From positions 58,218,001-58,282,000 of the forward strand of contig OZ076411.1 in NCBI GenBank assembly GCA_964187785.1: 64,000 nt of DNA, given 5' to 3'. The notes beneath the pieces were generated by a model, which saw only the letters and a list, made by a program, of their open reading frames with translations, made no database searches and was not told where the DNA came from. Shown here piece after piece: positions 61,711-64,000 of this stretch. Position numbers and translations under genes: made by a program. Within the stretch, counting starts at the first letter, position 1. Each line of letters starts with the position of its first letter. Source of the stretch: Amphiscolops sp. MND2022 (Eukaryota).

Positions 61711-64000
61711 CGCGTTTCGAGCCTGTTTTTTTGTCGGCGGTTTTTGAAACGAATACGCCTAGAGTTGCATTTTCTTTAGACTGAGAAAAATCAAATGCGT
61801 AGTAAACTAGTATAATGAATAATTTTAGGCTATATATTGAATTGACAGGGGTGTATAGTCACTTCAGATACGTAGTATGTTTTTCTAATTGAAAGATCAA
61901 GTTAATGGTCATCGTCTTTGTTTTTTCGGTACTATGCTACTTTTTTCTGATTTTTTAGCCCAAGCTCTGCTTCAACTTTTGACAAAAACGGAGCTTTTTG
62001 CTAGCATAGAGGGCCCTCGTACAGTTTTCGGCACTGTACGATTTTTTCCCGATTAGTTATTTGGTAAAGGGTACCCCTTCATTTTTTTGAAAACTTTGTG
62101 GCTTGCAAAATACGTTTTGCGATCTCGGTTTTTTGGCACTGTGACACTTTTTCATGAAGAAACAAATTTCCAACATTTTTTAATGTTTCTGCTTTAGCAG
62201 GAATATTATTGTAACCTCAAACTTGCTACTTTTTTTTCAGAACAATTTTTCGGACGATCTGAATAATTCAGATATTTTGTTCGGCAGTGAGTGTAAGCGA
62301 GAGAGCTACCGAAGACAATTCAATTCTAGTGCCATGGAACGAGCGAGTGGTAATTATCCATTCGTATGCTGACGTCATTGAGATGAAGCGAGCGAATGTT
62401 CGTAATTGCTTTCGTTGCCCCGAGTTATTGATGAAGCGAATGAGTGTTAATTATTCGTTCGTTGAGAGCTTCGCCTGCATTCAAATGCGAATGCGAAACT
62501 TCGTCTACGCTCAGTTGTTATATTTTTTTTAGTCCGAGAAGAATTAAAGGCGGTGTAAACTTGTACAGTGATTACATGTAATTGTGCGCTAAATAATGAT
62601 TAAACAAGAGTGTTTTGGTATTCCAGATATGATTCTTTTATTAATGATTTTTTGTTTCAAAAAAAAGATTAAAGCAGAAATAGTACTGAGCCCCGGAGGG
62701 GCCTATTTTTCAAAAATTGGGTTTTTGATGTTTCGAGTACTTTTGGCGCTGTAATATTGATAAAAATTACTCTCGAAAATATCTTCATGTTCAAAACAGT
62801 TTGATCTTTTTAAACCTTGAGCAGCGGTGCGTCGACTTGGGCCGTTCCCAGCGTGTTCGCATAAAAGTGTGCTTTGTGGCCCAAGTAGTTATCTGCTTTC
62901 TCAAACTCTCTATTTCAGTCCGTTTCAACCCTAAATCGACCATGGTACGATTTCGTACCAGCTAAATTCTGCAAACTTCTAAACGCACCAGCTGACCGTA
63001 TGGTGAAGAAAACTCTTGAATAAGATTTTCAGACGATTTGACATAGAATTGCACGCCATTTCACGGAATATTGACATGATGTCTCCGAAATCATTGAAAT
63101 GGGACCAAAAAATCAGAAAAAAATTGAACGCAGATTTTCTGTTTTTCCAGGTTTCGTTTCTGGCCCTTTTATCCCACTGGTACCAAGATTGGGTCAAAGT
63201 GACCCTTGCATGTGTTGAAACATACTGGAATGCAATCAGAGACACGAGGCGTGCAAAGTTTTGGCGCAAAGTCCGGAGCCAGTGTGGCGAATATGCACGC
63301 ATGCGGAGGACTTTGTGCAAAAAAAGTTTGCGCGCAAGTGGACCGCGCTAGCGGGCCCCCAGCCAAGCAGTTTGAAAATCAAAATGAAAGCCCTGATTGT
63401 CTTCTTTCGAACGCGCTATGAATCGTTTGCTGGACTTGAATAGTTTAGGAGATATTGCGGTTTAAAGTTTAAACACCAGATTTTTGGATGCATCCGGAAA
63501 TGTCCTGGTCCATTTAGGGTTAACTTTTTTGATGTTTTGGTTCAATTAGGCATCCGGTTAAACATTTTCATTTCCTCTTAGAACAGTATGCTAAGTAGCC
63601 TAACGCTCCATTGTTTTCAGTGGTGTTCCACACCCAAAAAATTCCCAAAGTAAGACAGAAAATGCTTAAAATAAGGAAAGTCGCAAAAAGAAAAGTTGAA
63701 ACACTTTAGTTCATTTCACTCGATTCTTCGATTGCAAAATATAGAATGATTCTGCAAATTAGCCTACTTCGCAGGTAAATGTAGTTGGAGTCTACAAAGA
63801 GCGTAAAAAGCTTGGACGTTGACAAATTTGACTTTTCGAGCAATTCTTGGGCATTGCGAATATTTGTAGATAGTAAACTTCACATTTTCTATTCAAAAGT
63901 ATGCTAAGTTTTATTCGGTGGTCAAGCTGAGCGTGATGTAATATTCACCAAAAGTTGAACAAGACTTGCGTAGTTTTCGAAATTTTTTGGTCATATCGAA

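Noticed and set aside
58037-64000. Further SHPRH exons encoding helicase motifs V-VI
   Set aside because: I could not find the expected residues (e.g. QAIGRVHRIGQ-like) in any frame, so they probably lie beyond the window.

Overview
AT-rich eukaryotic (animal-like) genomic DNA. The backbone is the C-terminal half of a host SHPRH gene (SNF2-family helicase/RING E3 ligase) on the + strand. Nine phase-compatible GT-AG exons (1737 nt, 579 codons) are spread from 2823 to 58036 across very large, TE-filled introns. The dominant feature, inside the 30.9-kb first intron, is a 25,685-bp integrated element (7333-33017) with Polinton/Maverick-type termini (AGTAGT...ACTACT) and a perfect 6-bp target-site duplication (TATAAT). 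It is almost entirely a palindrome: ~7.6-kb inverted arms around a 1.6-kb spacer, with a 4.32-kb block triplicated in the right arm. I see no Polinton core genes (pPolB, integrase, ATPase, protease, major capsid). The arms instead carry a PC4-like ORF, an HUH-motif ORF, several orphan ORFs and an outward-facing tRNA-like Pol III cassette with a GNRA hairpin. The spacer holds an intron-containing TRAF (coiled-coil + MATH) gene. The rest of the window contains two Ty1/copia elements, a degenerate CRE-like non-LTR element with SGNH-esterase and PHD modules, RTE and CR1/L2 fragments, two abundant Helentron/DINE-1-like (HINE) repeat families, a 172-bp satellite array and small local duplications. 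All protein assignments are by-eye motif recognition; no searches were run.
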